Position numbers and translations under genes: made by a program
Part shown: piece after piece, positions 47,207-57,149 of the stretch
Position numbering within the stretch: the first letter of the stretch is position 1
Layout of the letters: the number at the start of each line of letters is the position of its first letter
The notes under the pieces: model-generated
The model's database searches: none
What the model saw: the letters and a program-made list of their open reading frames with translations, nothing else
What the model was told of the DNA's origin: nothing
Assembly: GCA_964545575.1 (NCBI GenBank)
Contig: CAZJFL010000001.1
Span: 69,878-133,877, forward strand
Reading direction: 5' to 3'
Length of the DNA: 64,000 bases
From: an uncultured Planctomycetales bacterium
Lineage (GTDB): Bacteria > Omnitrophota > Gorgyraeia > Gygaellales > Profunditerraquicolaceae

Positions 47207-48442
47207 CTACCTTAGCTGAGCGAACATCTTCTGCATCACCAAGCTTGCTGCGCCCAAGGCTACCGCGTTCTCTCTCAACTGGGAATAAACTATTTTTAGT
47301 TCTTCCGTAGTCTCCCGGAAAGCCCACTCCCTGACCGTAGAGCTTACCTTATTTAAAAATCCTTCTCCTGCTTCCTCTATACCTCCGCCGATAACCACTA
47401 CCTGCGGGTTAAGCAGATTCACCAGGGAAGCAATCTTAATCCCTAATTTTTTAGCAGCGCGCTCGAGCGCGCTAAGAGCAACCGGATCCTTGGCGCGCGC
47501 GGCAATGAAAACGCTCTTTAAATCTAAATTATTAATACTGGCTGCGGTAAGTTTCAAAAAACTTGCTGCGCTATCTTTATCACCGGCTAACACCGCTTTC
47601 ACGTCGCTGGTAATCCCCAAATCCGTCTCCCAGCGCTTAAGAAAACAACCGTTACCCGCATCGCAACTAAATTGGTCCTGTTCCTTATAATTATAAATAG
47701 CGACTTCTCCGGCATAACCGTTTGCGCCGGTATAGACCTCCCCGTTAATCATGATGCCGCAGCCGACGCCGGAGAACATATAGATTACGTTTTTAATCCC
47801 GCGCTCAAGGTCCAGCCAGTGTTCGCCAAAACAGGCGCAGGTGGCGTCATTGTCCACCATCGTCGGTAAATTGAACTCTTTTTCGATCAGCCCCTTAAGC
47901 GGCAAATCTACGGAGGCGTAAGTATAATAGTGGTCCATCTTCTGCGGCCAGTGCACCGAACCGTCTTTTTTATTTACCAGGCCGGCAATGCCTACGCCCA
48001 CACCTTTAATGTTTTCGGCGTAATCTTTGGAGCGGCGCAGGATTTCGCGGATAATTTCCAGCAGGCATTCGGTGATTTCCTTGACTGAGGCCTGGGGGCG
48101 GGCGATCTGGGTCTTGGTGATGATGTTGCCTTTTAAGTCCACTAAAAGGCCGACCATATTCGTCAGGTTTAAACCTACTCCGATGATATAGCCGCCTTTT
48201 GAATTAATGTCCAGTAACAGCGGCCTCCTGCCGCCTTCCGAGATATCAAATTCTTTCTCATAGACCAGATTATTTTTTATAAAATCATCGATGTAATTAG
48301 AGATGGTCACCACATTGATTCCCATTTCTTTGGCGATATCCGGCCGGCTGATCGGGCCATCTCTCCTTAAGATCCCTAAAATCTCAACGCTGCGCTTTTC
48401 TTTGTCCGAGAGTTCCTCTTTTTTAAAATTAACCTGCCACAT
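47207..48442 (-). CDS. ROK-family transcriptional regulator / sugar kinase (NagC/XylR-like)
   Basis: N-terminal wHTH plus the ROK signature (CxCGxxGCLE-like: CDAGNGCFLKRWE). Confidence 0.85.
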   Translation of the reverse strand: MWQVNFKKEELSDKEKRSVEILGILRRDGPISRPDIAKEMGINVVTISNYIDDFIKNNLVYEKEFDISEGGRRPLLLDINSKGGYIIGVGLNLTNMVGLLVDLKGNIITKTQIARPQASVKEITECLLEIIREILRRSKDYAENIKGVGVGIAGLVNKKDGSVHWPQKMDHYYTYASVDLPLKGLIEKEFNLPTMVDNDATCACFGEHWLDLERGIKNVIYMFSGVGCGIMINGEVYTGANGYAGEVAIYNYKEQDQFSCDAGNGCFLKRWETDLGITSDVKAVLAGDKDSAASFLKLTAASINNLDLKSVFIAARAKDPVALSALERAAKKLGIKIASLVNLLNPQVVVIGGGIEEAGEGFLNKVSSTVREWAFRETTEELKIVYSQLRENAVALGAASLVMQKMFAQLR

Positions 48443-48552
48443 ACGCGTTATCTGGGTTTCTCCGCGGCTTAAAGATTAAAAAAAGACTTTATTTAACTTT
48501 TATTTATACTACTAACTATTGCTTAAGTCAAGCATTTTTAATGCTTTGTGCT

Positions 48553-49830
48553 TTAAGATTCGGGTGTAACCGCCTTTATCTTGGTTTCTTTGCGCTCGGG
48601 GTTCTTCCAGAAGTCCCTGACCGTATAATAAGCTTTTCTAGGCAGCCGCTTATTCAAACCGTCAACTAAATCTGGCGATAAAGCCACGATGCCAAACCAC
48701 TCTTCGTTCATATTCATATTTCCGGGCACCTGAATATCAAAATAATAACTGCCGTTGGACCAGTTGGACTCGGTATCATGCGCCTTCCAGGACTCGGCGT
48801 CATTTTCGTTATGTTTCCACCATTCGTCTGTCCATTCGAACATCACGCCCCCTAAGCAATTACCCGCGCCTGCCTTGCTCTCGGCTAGATTATTATAAAT
48901 CTGCCTCCACTGCGATTCCAGAAAAAAAGCCTGCATATCCTGGTTTTCTTTTTTTAAGTATGCGTCGTATGCATCCGCGCCGAGCTCAGCAATCAGGAGG
49001 GGCTTATTAAAGGTGGCCTTTAAAGAATTGAAAAGGTTGCCGAAGGTTTTGCCGCGGTAGATAATGCAGCTGACTAAATCCACGTCGGGGGCAAACTGAT
49101 TAGCCACGTCCAAAGCAATAAGCTCTCCGCTACCTAAGCCTACCGGATGATCGGGGTCTATTTTATGTATCTGGCGGGCTAATTCATTCACAAAAGAATA
49201 ATAGGTTTTAGCCCGCAGGAACCTTTGCTTGGCAGGGTCGGGCTCTTTATCTATCTCCTCGGATGACCAGGGGTTGACCCGCCCGGAAAAGGAATAATTA
49301 TTTTCGTTGCCTAAAGACCACAATAAAACCCCGGGTTCATCTTTATAGAGATTGACCATTTCTAAAACTTCCTTTTTTATTTTCTCCTGAAAGCATTTAT
49401 CGCCGTAAAGCGGGCAGGGATACTCCCAGAACCCCAGCCAGTGGCCGATAATGGTGCGGATGCCGAACTTTTGGTATAAATCCCTGATCACCAATTTTAC
49501 TTTTTTGGGATTATCGGATACCTGATAAAGCCGGATAGTATTGATTCCCATCTCCTGCATTAGTTTTCCGTCTACAAGCCAGGGCTTATGGGGGTCAGAC
49601 CACCAGTCATAGGCATAATTGCTGCCGATGGGGATAGGATTATAACAGACGCCTTTTACAATATAAGGCTTACCGTCTACGATTAACTGGTAACGGCTGT
49701 TTTGGATTGCCTTGATGTAGACTTTGGGCTGGGGCTTAGGAAAGGCTTCGCCCAAAATAAAACAAGAAAAGATAAGCGTTGCGATAAAAAGCTTCTTGCT
49801 CATTTTAAAGAGGGACAGGTCCCAACCCAA
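48553..49830 (-). CDS. Secreted clan GH-A (TIM-barrel) glycoside hydrolase
   Basis: Signal peptide, acid/base LGNENNY and nucleophile LIAELG motifs. Paralogous to the C-terminal domain of 51157..53442. Confidence 0.6.
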   Translation of the reverse strand: MGWDLSLFKMSKKLFIATLIFSCFILGEAFPKPQPKVYIKAIQNSRYQLIVDGKPYIVKGVCYNPIPIGSNYAYDWWSDPHKPWLVDGKLMQEMGINTIRLYQVSDNPKKVKLVIRDLYQKFGIRTIIGHWLGFWEYPCPLYGDKCFQEKIKKEVLEMVNLYKDEPGVLLWSLGNENNYSFSGRVNPWSSEEIDKEPDPAKQRFLRAKTYYSFVNELARQIHKIDPDHPVGLGSGELIALDVANQFAPDVDLVSCIIYRGKTFGNLFNSLKATFNKPLLIAELGADAYDAYLKKENQDMQAFFLESQWRQIYNNLAESKAGAGNCLGGVMFEWTDEWWKHNENDAESWKAHDTESNWSNGSYYFDIQVPGNMNMNEEWFGIVALSPDLVDGLNKRLPRKAYYTVRDFWKNPERKETKIKAVTPES

Positions 49831-49885
49831 AGCAAGAAGTGTCCCTTGCAGGGGACACTTCTTTGATCAGGTCAAGAACTGTCCC
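49812..49885. repeat. GGGAC/GTCCC palindromic repeat cluster, including the perfect hairpin agaagtgtccc-ttgca-ggggacacttct
   Basis: Same motif family as 19551-19680. Confidence 0.7.
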
Positions 49886-49891
49886 TAGATT

Positions 49892-51052
49892 TTATTCGAA
49901 CTTAATTTCGTCCAGATAGAAGGTTGCGCCTTCCGGATTCACGTCGATGTTGGTCGCCCAGCAGAAACCGCCGATGATAAAAGACATATCTTTGCCCATC
50001 AGGTCAATGGTATACTGGGTCCAATCCTTATTCAGGATGACCGGGCCGATACCCGCGGTATCGGAATCGGAAAACTCACCCATAATCCCGCCTACCCTAA
50101 ACTCCTCTATCCTTTCGCCGCCTTTTTCTCCCCGCGCCCAAAAGGTGAGCTTGGTGGCTTTGGATAAATCATAACCGGCATCAACCATGCCCCAGTTATT
50201 CGGCGGATTCTGCCATTGTACGCCTGCCCAGCGCGCACCCTGAGAAGCTTTACCGGTGTAAACCATCTTAATACAGGTATCCCCTAAATAAGGGTCTTGT
50301 TTACATGCGCCGTCATATTTTATGTCGCCGTAATCGCCCATCCATCCGGAGGGGATGAAATGATTGCTGACTGAGCTTCTGTCGGCATAAATATAAAAGG
50401 GTACGTTCTCTTTCTTCTTTCCCTCCGGCTTCATATTAGGGTCGGCCTCGTACTTAATGTCATCGATGTAAAAAGTTACTCCGTCAGGATTCAAATCCGC
50501 GGTAGTCGCCCAACCGAACCCGCCGCTGATATAGGATAAATCTTTCCCGGCTAGATTTACGGTGTATTCCTTCCAGGTATCGGTTAATTCTACCGGGCCC
50601 ATCTCGATGGCCGCCGAATCCGGATACGCGCCTTTGATCCCGCCGATGACGAACTTCTGAATCACCTCGCCGCCTTTTTCTCCCCGCGCCCAAAAGGTGA
50701 GCTTTGTCATACCGGAAAGATCAAATCCGCCTTTTTTAGAACCCCAGTTATTCGGCGGGTTCTGCCATTGTACGCCTGCCCAGCCTTCGCCTCTTCCTGT
50801 TTTCTTAGCCGAATAAACAAATTGAATGGAACTGGAACCTGTATGAGGATTACTAAGAGACTGGTCATTTATCTTAATATCTCCGTAATCACCCATCCAT
50901 CCCGAAGGAGCATAGTGATTTTCCCTTGCGCCCTTGTCTTTGTAGACGATGAATTCCTTCGAGCTTTCCGCAACGGGCTTGGCTTCTTCTGCCCCTGCGC
51001 AAACAGGCAGAAATAACATCGCTACTGCCATTACTGCTAATAATTTCTTCAT
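49892..51052 (-). CDS. Secreted protein with two tandem about 180-aa beta-rich (CBM-like) domains
   Basis: The true start is MKKLLAVMAVAMLF (good SD). It has two repeats sharing GWAGVQWQNPPNNWG and SGWMGDYGDIK. Confidence 0.5.
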   Translation of the reverse strand: MKKLLAVMAVAMLFLPVCAGAEEAKPVAESSKEFIVYKDKGARENHYAPSGWMGDYGDIKINDQSLSNPHTGSSSIQFVYSAKKTGRGEGWAGVQWQNPPNNWGSKKGGFDLSGMTKLTFWARGEKGGEVIQKFVIGGIKGAYPDSAAIEMGPVELTDTWKEYTVNLAGKDLSYISGGFGWATTADLNPDGVTFYIDDIKYEADPNMKPEGKKKENVPFYIYADRSSVSNHFIPSGWMGDYGDIKYDGACKQDPYLGDTCIKMVYTGKASQGARWAGVQWQNPPNNWGMVDAGYDLSKATKLTFWARGEKGGERIEEFRVGGIMGEFSDSDTAGIGPVILNKDWTQYTIDLMGKDMSFIIGGFCWATNIDVNPEGATFYLDEIKFE

Positions 51053-51156
51053 CTCTAACACCTCCCCTTTCGTTTGCTTATCACTTATCGCACTATATGC
51101 CATATGCAGATTTCCTATTTTTATTTTGTATTTTTGATGCGCCTCCTTTCCCCTCC

Positions 51157-53442
51157 CTATTGACTCCATAATTTCTTATAGGTGTAATATGATTTACGTA
51201 GCTGCCTTAAATACGGACTCAACTTTCCGTCTCCCTGCCCGGCAATCCCGAGCCACTCCTCATGCATATAACCGTCGGGGAACGGGCCGGTGAATAAACC
51301 TTTGGTGTCGTGCCGGGAAGGCTCATAGGCCTTCCACCACTCATCCAGCCATTCAAAGATCACCCCGCCGATAGAATTGCCTTCGCCGCTGCCAAAGGCA
51401 GTATTGCTTTCTATATCCTCCCAGGCTCCGCTGTGGTAGGCTGCCTGAAGAACTTCCGCCTCATCAGGAGTCTTACCTTGCGCATAGGAGGGGCAGCCAA
51501 ACTCGGTGATGAACACTGGCTTATCCGCCTCCTGTTTTACCTGCCGCCACAAGAAACCGAAACCGTAATCACCGCGGTAAGCATTGGTGCCGAAAATATC
51601 AATGTCGGGCGCATCTTTGCCGAACTTATCCAGAAATAAAGTATCACCGCTACAGATAGCCACGGGGTGACCGGGGTCTATTGCCTTAATCTGCCTAGCC
51701 ACTTCATTGGCAAACTTAAAAAACGCGTCCGGATCGGTATTGGCATTACAGGCAAAACCGTAAACATTTTCATTACCCAGCAGCCAGAAAAGGATATACG
51801 GCTCGTCCTTAAACTCTAAAACCATATTGATCACCGATTCCATCATCTTCTTTTTCTGCTCTTCGTTGGTGTAATCCGTGCCCGGGTACCATTTAGCGCC
51901 GGAGCCGATAGCATATTTGCCCAGGAAATCCCCCATAATCACCCTTATGCCGTAAGTCTTATATAAATCGCGCAGCAACTCTTTGTTTGGCCAGTTATAA
52001 TCGGGGCGATGGTACATCCGTATAGTATTGACACCCATCTCTTTCATTAATGCAAAATCCCCTACTGCCGGCTCATCCGGATCTTGAAGGTTATTTTTAT
52101 TTTTATCTACGAACGAATCATAAGGCGCATCGATTTTGCCGTTTTTATTATCATCCTCAAGCTGCCAATTTTTCATTGTCCCTTCGTCGGGAGATTGGCC
52201 CACTTTCGTCGGGGAATAAGTAATGCCTTTAATAATATAGGGCTTGCCATCCGCTATCAGCTGCCAGTCGCCGGTTTCATACTGCACCAAATGCACTTTC
52301 CCCGTGCCTAAATATTTATTTACGCTTAATTCCGCCGGCGAGGATTTGGATTTCAAGTTTTCCAAGAGGCCGGACTTTTGGAACCTTCCGGGGTTAGTTA
52401 CGGCGGTATCGTTGGAGACGTTATTATCGTAGCCGTTAATAATTTTAATATCCGCATCTACTAATTTATATCCTAAATTAGGGTTGCGGCGCAGGAGAAA
52501 GTTGATCTTGGCGATCGCTGCCTGTCCGATATACCAGGGCGTATGCCAGTAAGTCCAGCTGTAGGCGCCGGGAAAATGCACCACAATAGCATAATAGCAT
52601 TTGATGGCATGTTTAATCAGCCCGGACTTTTCCAGAATCAGGCCGGTATAAAATAATTTTACTCCCTGCGGCTCGGGGGCAATGGCCCATTTTAAAAATG
52701 CCGCCTCCAAATCCGGGGAATGCAGGAAATCCCAAAGGCTCCCCTCCAGCCTTTTCGCCTCTTTGGCTTTTTTGAATTCCGGGTCCCATCTAATGGAGGT
52801 GCTATTAGGATAGACGCCTTCGCCGACTGCCGCGCTTAAACCCTCCTGATCGCTGACTACATAGCGGTAATCCTTGGTGCCGATATTCTTAAACTCGCCG
52901 TATTGCTCGTAATCTACGAAATCTTCTTTACCCGGATCGTAAAGGACTATTCTTGTCGGTAGCTGGCTGATCTTTGCCTTTTTTTCTATCTCAATGGAGC
53001 CGGTCTCTATTTTTTTCACGCTCTGCTTTGCGGTTTCGGCAAGCTGCCAGTACCAGCCGCGCTGGTCCCAGGCCTGGGCGTAATAATATTTTTCGATTAT
53101 CAATTTAAAGATCTTCTTCGCTTCCTCCGGTTTTTCCTGGCGCATATAGCTTTCGGCCTGGATAAAATATGCGGTAGCTACGTTATTTAAGTCCTGGACA
53201 TTCTCGATCGCTTCCTTATTCTTGGGAAGTTCTTTTAAAGAAGCCTGTTCTTTGTCCGCCTCATTCTTGTATAAATCAATGCACGCTTTAGTATATTTAA
53301 AAACCGCCTCAATGTCGCGCCTGCCGTGCGCCTCCCAGGCCTTGACGATCAAATCGCCGGAGGAAGGCTTATCCTGGCATATCGCATATCGCATATCGCA
53401 TATCGCAAAAAATAATGCTAAAATAATCAAGGTGCGTTTCAT
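51157..53442 (-). CDS. Secreted multidomain glycoside hydrolase (N-terminal TPR-like region plus clan GH-A TIM barrel)
   Basis: Signal peptide, LLGNENVYGF (acid/base) and FITEFGC (nucleophile). The N-terminus contains an (ATATCGC)x4 heptamer array. Confidence 0.6.
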   Translation of the reverse strand: MKRTLIILALFFAICDMRYAICQDKPSSGDLIVKAWEAHGRRDIEAVFKYTKACIDLYKNEADKEQASLKELPKNKEAIENVQDLNNVATAYFIQAESYMRQEKPEEAKKIFKLIIEKYYYAQAWDQRGWYWQLAETAKQSVKKIETGSIEIEKKAKISQLPTRIVLYDPGKEDFVDYEQYGEFKNIGTKDYRYVVSDQEGLSAAVGEGVYPNSTSIRWDPEFKKAKEAKRLEGSLWDFLHSPDLEAAFLKWAIAPEPQGVKLFYTGLILEKSGLIKHAIKCYYAIVVHFPGAYSWTYWHTPWYIGQAAIAKINFLLRRNPNLGYKLVDADIKIINGYDNNVSNDTAVTNPGRFQKSGLLENLKSKSSPAELSVNKYLGTGKVHLVQYETGDWQLIADGKPYIIKGITYSPTKVGQSPDEGTMKNWQLEDDNKNGKIDAPYDSFVDKNKNNLQDPDEPAVGDFALMKEMGVNTIRMYHRPDYNWPNKELLRDLYKTYGIRVIMGDFLGKYAIGSGAKWYPGTDYTNEEQKKKMMESVINMVLEFKDEPYILFWLLGNENVYGFACNANTDPDAFFKFANEVARQIKAIDPGHPVAICSGDTLFLDKFGKDAPDIDIFGTNAYRGDYGFGFLWRQVKQEADKPVFITEFGCPSYAQGKTPDEAEVLQAAYHSGAWEDIESNTAFGSGEGNSIGGVIFEWLDEWWKAYEPSRHDTKGLFTGPFPDGYMHEEWLGIAGQGDGKLSPYLRQLRKSYYTYKKLWSQ
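53378..53406. repeat. Heptanucleotide tandem repeat (GCATATC)x4 in the signal-peptide codons of the GH gene
   Basis: gcatatcgcatatcgcatatcgcatatcgca, encoding AICDMRYAI. Confidence 0.85.
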
Positions 53443-53789
53443 TTTAAACCCTTCTTAAATGCCCTTATTTTCCTTATGATTTTCTCTGCCTCTTCATACA
53501 ATTCTTTTTGTTTTAACTCGGTAATATATTTCCTTAACAGGGCAAAATATAGAATATTTACTGTTTCTAAAGCCGACTTTATGCTTGTATCAAGGAAACA
53601 GCTAAAATCTCTAGTAGTACTTGCTCCTGAACCCTCAGCAATATTATTCGAAATAGAAACTGCTGCTCTTCTTAATTGAGAACATAATCCATACATTTCT
53701 TTTTGTGGAAAAGAATCGGCTATCTCGTATAATTTACTTGCGTATTCCAAAGACAATTTCCAAATCTCTAAACTTTCAAATCTAAACAT
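53439..53789 (-). CDS. Four-helix-bundle protein (23S rRNA intervening-sequence protein / Avd-like family)
   Basis: 116 aa with FESLEIWKLSLEYASKLYEIADSFPQKEMYGLCSQLRRAAVSISNNIAEGSG, the TIGR02436-type signature. Confidence 0.8.
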   Translation of the reverse strand: MFRFESLEIWKLSLEYASKLYEIADSFPQKEMYGLCSQLRRAAVSISNNIAEGSGASTTRDFSCFLDTSIKSALETVNILYFALLRKYITELKQKELYEEAEKIIRKIRAFKKGLK

Positions 53790-53798
53790 TCGAATTAC

Positions 53799-53904
53799 GA
53801 TAAGCGATTAGCGATAAGCGATAAGCCCTTTTCGCATATCGCATATGGCATATCGCATGTCGTCTTTAAGATTTTACGATAAGCGATTAGCGATAAGCGA
53901 TAAG
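53799..53904. repeat. Composite heptamer array: (GATAAGC)x4 - (GCATATC)x4 - (GATAAGC)x4
   Basis: Two identical 28-bp GATAAGC/GATTAGC arrays flank a GCATATC array. The GCATATC unit is the same one found at 53378-53406. Confidence 0.85.
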
Positions 53905-53910
53905 CTAATA

Positions 53911-54759
53911 TCATCCTGCTATCGCTCCGGCTGTTACTCCCTTGACAATATACTTCTGCATCAAAAGATAAATTATAATTATCGGCAACGCAGTTATGGT
54001 TAAGCCGGCCATCAAAAGCGGGTAATTAGTGACGAACTCGCCCTGGAAAGACTTAAGAGCGACCTGAAGGGGCATGAGCTTACGCGAATCAAAGATAATC
54101 AAAGCCAGGATATATTCGTTCCAGATATTGAGCGCGTTGAACACGACCACGACCGCCAAGACCGGTTTTGCCAGCGGCAGCGCAATGTGCCACCAGAGCC
54201 CGATCTTGGAGCAACCGTCAATACGGGCGGTATCCTCGAGTTCCTGGGGCATCTTATCAAAGAATGTCTTAAGGAGGTAGATACTAGTGGAAAGCCCGAC
54301 ACTAATCATGCATAGAATATAGCCGACCGGGGTATTGCGTAGATGCAACTTATTCAAAAGTACGTAAAGGGCGACAAAACTGCCAGGAATGGGGATCATC
54401 ATCGCCGCCATAAAAATATAAAAGAGAAGATTCCTACCGGGGAACTTAAGGCGCGAAAAAGCATAAGCCGCCAGAGACGAAACGATGACTATGCCCAAAA
54501 CCACCGTCACCGTATAGAAAATGCTGTTTAAGAAATACCTGCCAAAACCGCCTTCTTTCCAGGCTAAATAATAATTCTCAAAGTGGAACTCATGGGGGAA
54601 AACCGACATGTCTTTAAAAATAGTTTCCTGGGTTTTGAGGCTGGAGGAAACCATCCAGAATAAAGGAAATAGGCAGGTGATTGCCACGAGAATAAGAAAT
54701 AAATGGATGAGCATATTCAGGGTTACTCTTTTAGTTTTATAATAAATTACTGATTTCAT
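53911..54759 (-). CDS. ABC sugar transporter permease (MalG-like)
   Basis: EAA loop region (DGCSKIGLWWHIALPLAKP). Confidence 0.85.
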   Translation of the reverse strand: MKSVIYYKTKRVTLNMLIHLFLILVAITCLFPLFWMVSSSLKTQETIFKDMSVFPHEFHFENYYLAWKEGGFGRYFLNSIFYTVTVVLGIVIVSSLAAYAFSRLKFPGRNLLFYIFMAAMMIPIPGSFVALYVLLNKLHLRNTPVGYILCMISVGLSTSIYLLKTFFDKMPQELEDTARIDGCSKIGLWWHIALPLAKPVLAVVVVFNALNIWNEYILALIIFDSRKLMPLQVALKSFQGEFVTNYPLLMAGLTITALPIIIIYLLMQKYIVKGVTAGAIAG

Positions 54760-54765
54760 CGCGCC

Positions 54766-55644
54766 TTAAGCCTGCCTTGCTTTTTTAGAAAAACGGTATT
54801 GAATAAAAGAAATTATAACCAGAATTGCGCCAAAGGTAATCCCCTGCGCGCAGGCATAACCGAAACGCGAAGAGCCGCGCATGGAAGCCAGAATCCTTAA
54901 TACCGGGACCTGGGTGTGGTATGCCGGGCCTCCGTCGGTCATGGCAATAATCAAAACAAAGGCCTGCATTGTGCCTAAAACCGTCAGTATCGCCACCAAT
55001 ACCGCCACCGGTATCATCAAAGGCGCGGTGATATTTTTAAAGGAATGCCAGGCATTTGCCCCATCCACGCGCGCGGCTTCATAAAGTTCGCGCGGTATAG
55101 TCTGCAGCCCGGCTAAAAATATCAGGAAACCCCAGCCAAAACCTTTCCAGGAGTGCACCAGTGCCACCGCCGTTAACGCGGTCTGCGGATCGGATAGCCA
55201 GTTTCTCGCCAGGTTTTGAAAACCGAAATGCGCCAGCCAGCTGTTTAAAATACCGTAATTGCCGTCTAAAATCCACTGCCAGACAAGGCCTACTACTACT
55301 TCCGACAAAACCGGGGGGATAAAAAATATCAGGCGGTAGAAATTTTTCATCCGGATTTCCCGGTCGCAGGCCCAAGCCAGCAAAAACGCCAAAGCATTCT
55401 GAAAAGTCAGGGCGATGAGCGTAATGTATCCGGCATTGAGCATCGAATGCCACCAGATTTTATCAAGGGTAAAGATCTCCTTGAAATTGTCAAAGCCGAC
55501 AAAGATCTTGGTCGGAAGGATGCCGTCCCAATCAAACATCCCGAGCCAAAACACCCATAAAAACGGAATGATATAGAAAATCGTAAAGATAGTTAACGCC
55601 GGTAATACGAACGCGTAATTTTCGAGCGTATCTTTGATCTTCAT
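54766..55644 (-). CDS. ABC sugar transporter permease (MalF/UgpA-like)
   Basis: EAARVDGANAWHSFKNITAPL EAA motif. Confidence 0.85.
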   Translation of the reverse strand: MKIKDTLENYAFVLPALTIFTIFYIIPFLWVFWLGMFDWDGILPTKIFVGFDNFKEIFTLDKIWWHSMLNAGYITLIALTFQNALAFLLAWACDREIRMKNFYRLIFFIPPVLSEVVVGLVWQWILDGNYGILNSWLAHFGFQNLARNWLSDPQTALTAVALVHSWKGFGWGFLIFLAGLQTIPRELYEAARVDGANAWHSFKNITAPLMIPVAVLVAILTVLGTMQAFVLIIAMTDGGPAYHTQVPVLRILASMRGSSRFGYACAQGITFGAILVIISFIQYRFSKKARQA

Positions 55645-55649
55645 TCTAG

Positions 55650-57146
55650 CTATTCTTCTCTTCTTTCTCCTCTTCGCCTTTCTTCCTCTACGCGTATTTC
55701 TTCTTTTCTTCTTTCTTCTCTTCGCCGCTCTACCTGCGTACGAATTTCACATGCCTTAGCTTCTGAGATTTCAAAAGTCATAATAATGAAAATAGCGACT
55801 AAAGAGGTCACAATCGGAATTCCGATATCACATATCCTCATCCAGAATAAAGCGCTGATCGTCTGGTTGGCGCCTAATGCAACATTGAAGCCGGTTACAT
55901 TCAGGAGGATTCCGGAGATAAGCGATGAAATTGCTAATCCTAGTTTTACCATCCACCAGTAAATAGCGCCAAACATGCCTTCTCTGCGTGTGCCGGTTAG
56001 AAGTTCGTCAAAGTCACAAACATCGGCTACCATGGAACTTACCAATGTGAAGAGCGATCCCAGGCCAAACGCAATGAACGGAGCAGCAATCAGTAGTAAA
56101 TATGGATGATGAGGATTATAGCCTATCCATTTCAAAGCGTAACCGATGATTGAAATGGAAACGGTGATTAAAAAGGTGTTCCGCTTCCCAATCTTTGTGG
56201 AGAGCCATGTGGCTATGAAAATGACGCAGAAAGTACAAACGGCACTAAGCGAACCAAACCAACCAAGCAATGTGCCGCCTTTTGCGTAATCGCCGCCATA
56301 AACATAGAAGAAAATAACATAGGCCGTGAAAGCGGAAGCAAGCATAAATCCGTTGAAGATCAAGAATGTTGCTGCACAAAGTTTAACAAACGGGCGGCAT
56401 TTGAAAGCAATCGCAAAACCGCGGAAGAAGTCTTTCGTAATATTCCAAGGGCCCACTCCTCTTTGAGGTCTCGCTATATTACCGAAACGCTCTTTAATAA
56501 AAATTGCCGGAAGTATGCCGCCAAACACGATAAAGGCGCCGAGGACTATTGAGAGGATCCGCGCTCCATGGACAATATCTGTAAACATGCTCTTGTTGTC
56601 CATGATTTTGAAGAACCAGGGAGCGATCACCCAGGCAAATTGACCGATAAAATTGCTGGCCGCCTGCAGCCGTGTTCGCTCATGATAATCGGGTGTCATT
56701 TCATACCCTAGCGCGATCCAGGGGATGGAAAAAAGGGTAAATCCAAGAAAATAGAGGCTCTGGAACGCCGCGAAATACCAGAAATAGAAACTTTCACTAT
56801 GCCCCTTATATAGTTGGAACATCAATGCGTATAAAATTCCCCCGATAATCGCTCCAAAGAATATAATAGGCCTACGGCGCCCCCATCGGGTTCGGATATT
56901 ATCTGAAATGTAACCGGTAAGGGGATCTGATATGGCATCGATAATACGGGGAATGGCTCCTACCAGACCCACTAAAGCGGGATTCACGCCTAATCCGATG
57001 TTTAAAATAATGACCATCGCTCCAATAGCGGCGGCCTGAATGCTATTAACTAACCCCCCTATGCTGTATACGGCTTTTTGAAAAATAGGAATGCGGTCTT
57101 CGCGGGCTGTTACGTGGTGTTTTGGTTGGCTAACTGCTTGTTCCAC
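55650..57146 (-). CDS. MFS/GPH-family transporter with a highly charged RE-rich C-terminal tail
   Basis: 12 TM helices. The C-terminus RRREERRKEEIRVEEERRRGERREE is encoded by a CT-rich tract. Confidence 0.7.
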   Translation of the reverse strand: MEQAVSQPKHHVTAREDRIPIFQKAVYSIGGLVNSIQAAAIGAMVIILNIGLGVNPALVGLVGAIPRIIDAISDPLTGYISDNIRTRWGRRRPIIFFGAIIGGILYALMFQLYKGHSESFYFWYFAAFQSLYFLGFTLFSIPWIALGYEMTPDYHERTRLQAASNFIGQFAWVIAPWFFKIMDNKSMFTDIVHGARILSIVLGAFIVFGGILPAIFIKERFGNIARPQRGVGPWNITKDFFRGFAIAFKCRPFVKLCAATFLIFNGFMLASAFTAYVIFFYVYGGDYAKGGTLLGWFGSLSAVCTFCVIFIATWLSTKIGKRNTFLITVSISIIGYALKWIGYNPHHPYLLLIAAPFIAFGLGSLFTLVSSMVADVCDFDELLTGTRREGMFGAIYWWMVKLGLAISSLISGILLNVTGFNVALGANQTISALFWMRICDIGIPIVTSLVAIFIIMTFEISEAKACEIRTQVERRREERRKEEIRVEEERRRGERREE

Positions 57147-57149
57147 TAA

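Noticed and set aside
53378-53904. Possible CRISPR array (short direct repeats near a small gene)
   Set aside because: The units are 7 nt with no spacers; they are simple tandem heptamers, not CRISPR repeats. No cas genes are present.
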